Of a stretch of 64,000 nt of DNA, positions 63,968-64,000 are shown piece after piece (position 1 is the stretch's first letter; each line of letters opens with the position of its first letter). The stretch comes from Paramoeba atlantica (Eukaryota > Protista > Discosea), in the NCBI GenBank assembly GCA_977017575.1, contig CDRNVI010000044.1, forward strand, positions 682,001 to 746,000, in the 5' to 3' direction. The position numbers and the translations under genes were made by a program. A model generated the notes under the pieces. That model was not told where the DNA came from. It made no database searches and saw only the letters and a program-made list of their open reading frames with translations.

Positions 63968-64000
63968 CTTAGATAAGCAGGTTGGAGTGCTTGAGCTGCG

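Noticed and set aside
1-64000. Fanzor/TnpB, rRNA or tRNA genes
   Set aside because: No RuvC/Zn-finger TnpB-like ORF, rRNA-like tract or foldable tRNA was seen by eye; a covariance-model scan would be needed to exclude small RNAs.

Overview
Eukaryotic nuclear DNA. About 25 host protein-coding genes lie on the minus strand with no visible introns: CBP20, a TUTase, Hel2/ZNF598, GluRS, cactin, MsrB, an EEP nuclease, TYW3, a DHHC protein, a Vps52-like protein, RPC34, an ABCC transporter, two LRR proteins, FIGNL1, GNA1, EXO1 and several hypotheticals. This layout resembles a kinetoplastid polycistronic gene cluster. The TUTase type, the CRE/SLACS-like retroelement fragments and the short LRR genes suggest a Perkinsela-like (Prokinetoplastina) organism; this is inference and was not verified by search. 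The intergenic spaces are unusually full of mobile DNA. They hold nested TA-target Tc1/IS630-like elements and MITEs, two Merlin (IS1595/ISXO2-like) elements, one apparently intact PIF/Harbinger-ISL2EU-type (DDE_Tnp_4) transposase ORF, a hAT relic, two CRE-like retrotransposon fragments and an unclassified hairpin repeat family. The most notable feature is a ~1.02-kb IS30-like element at 50023-51041. It has both terminal inverted repeats, each with internal reiterations, a short target-site duplication and a recognisable but decayed IS30 transposase N-terminus. All protein calls come from motif recognition by eye; no database searches were run.
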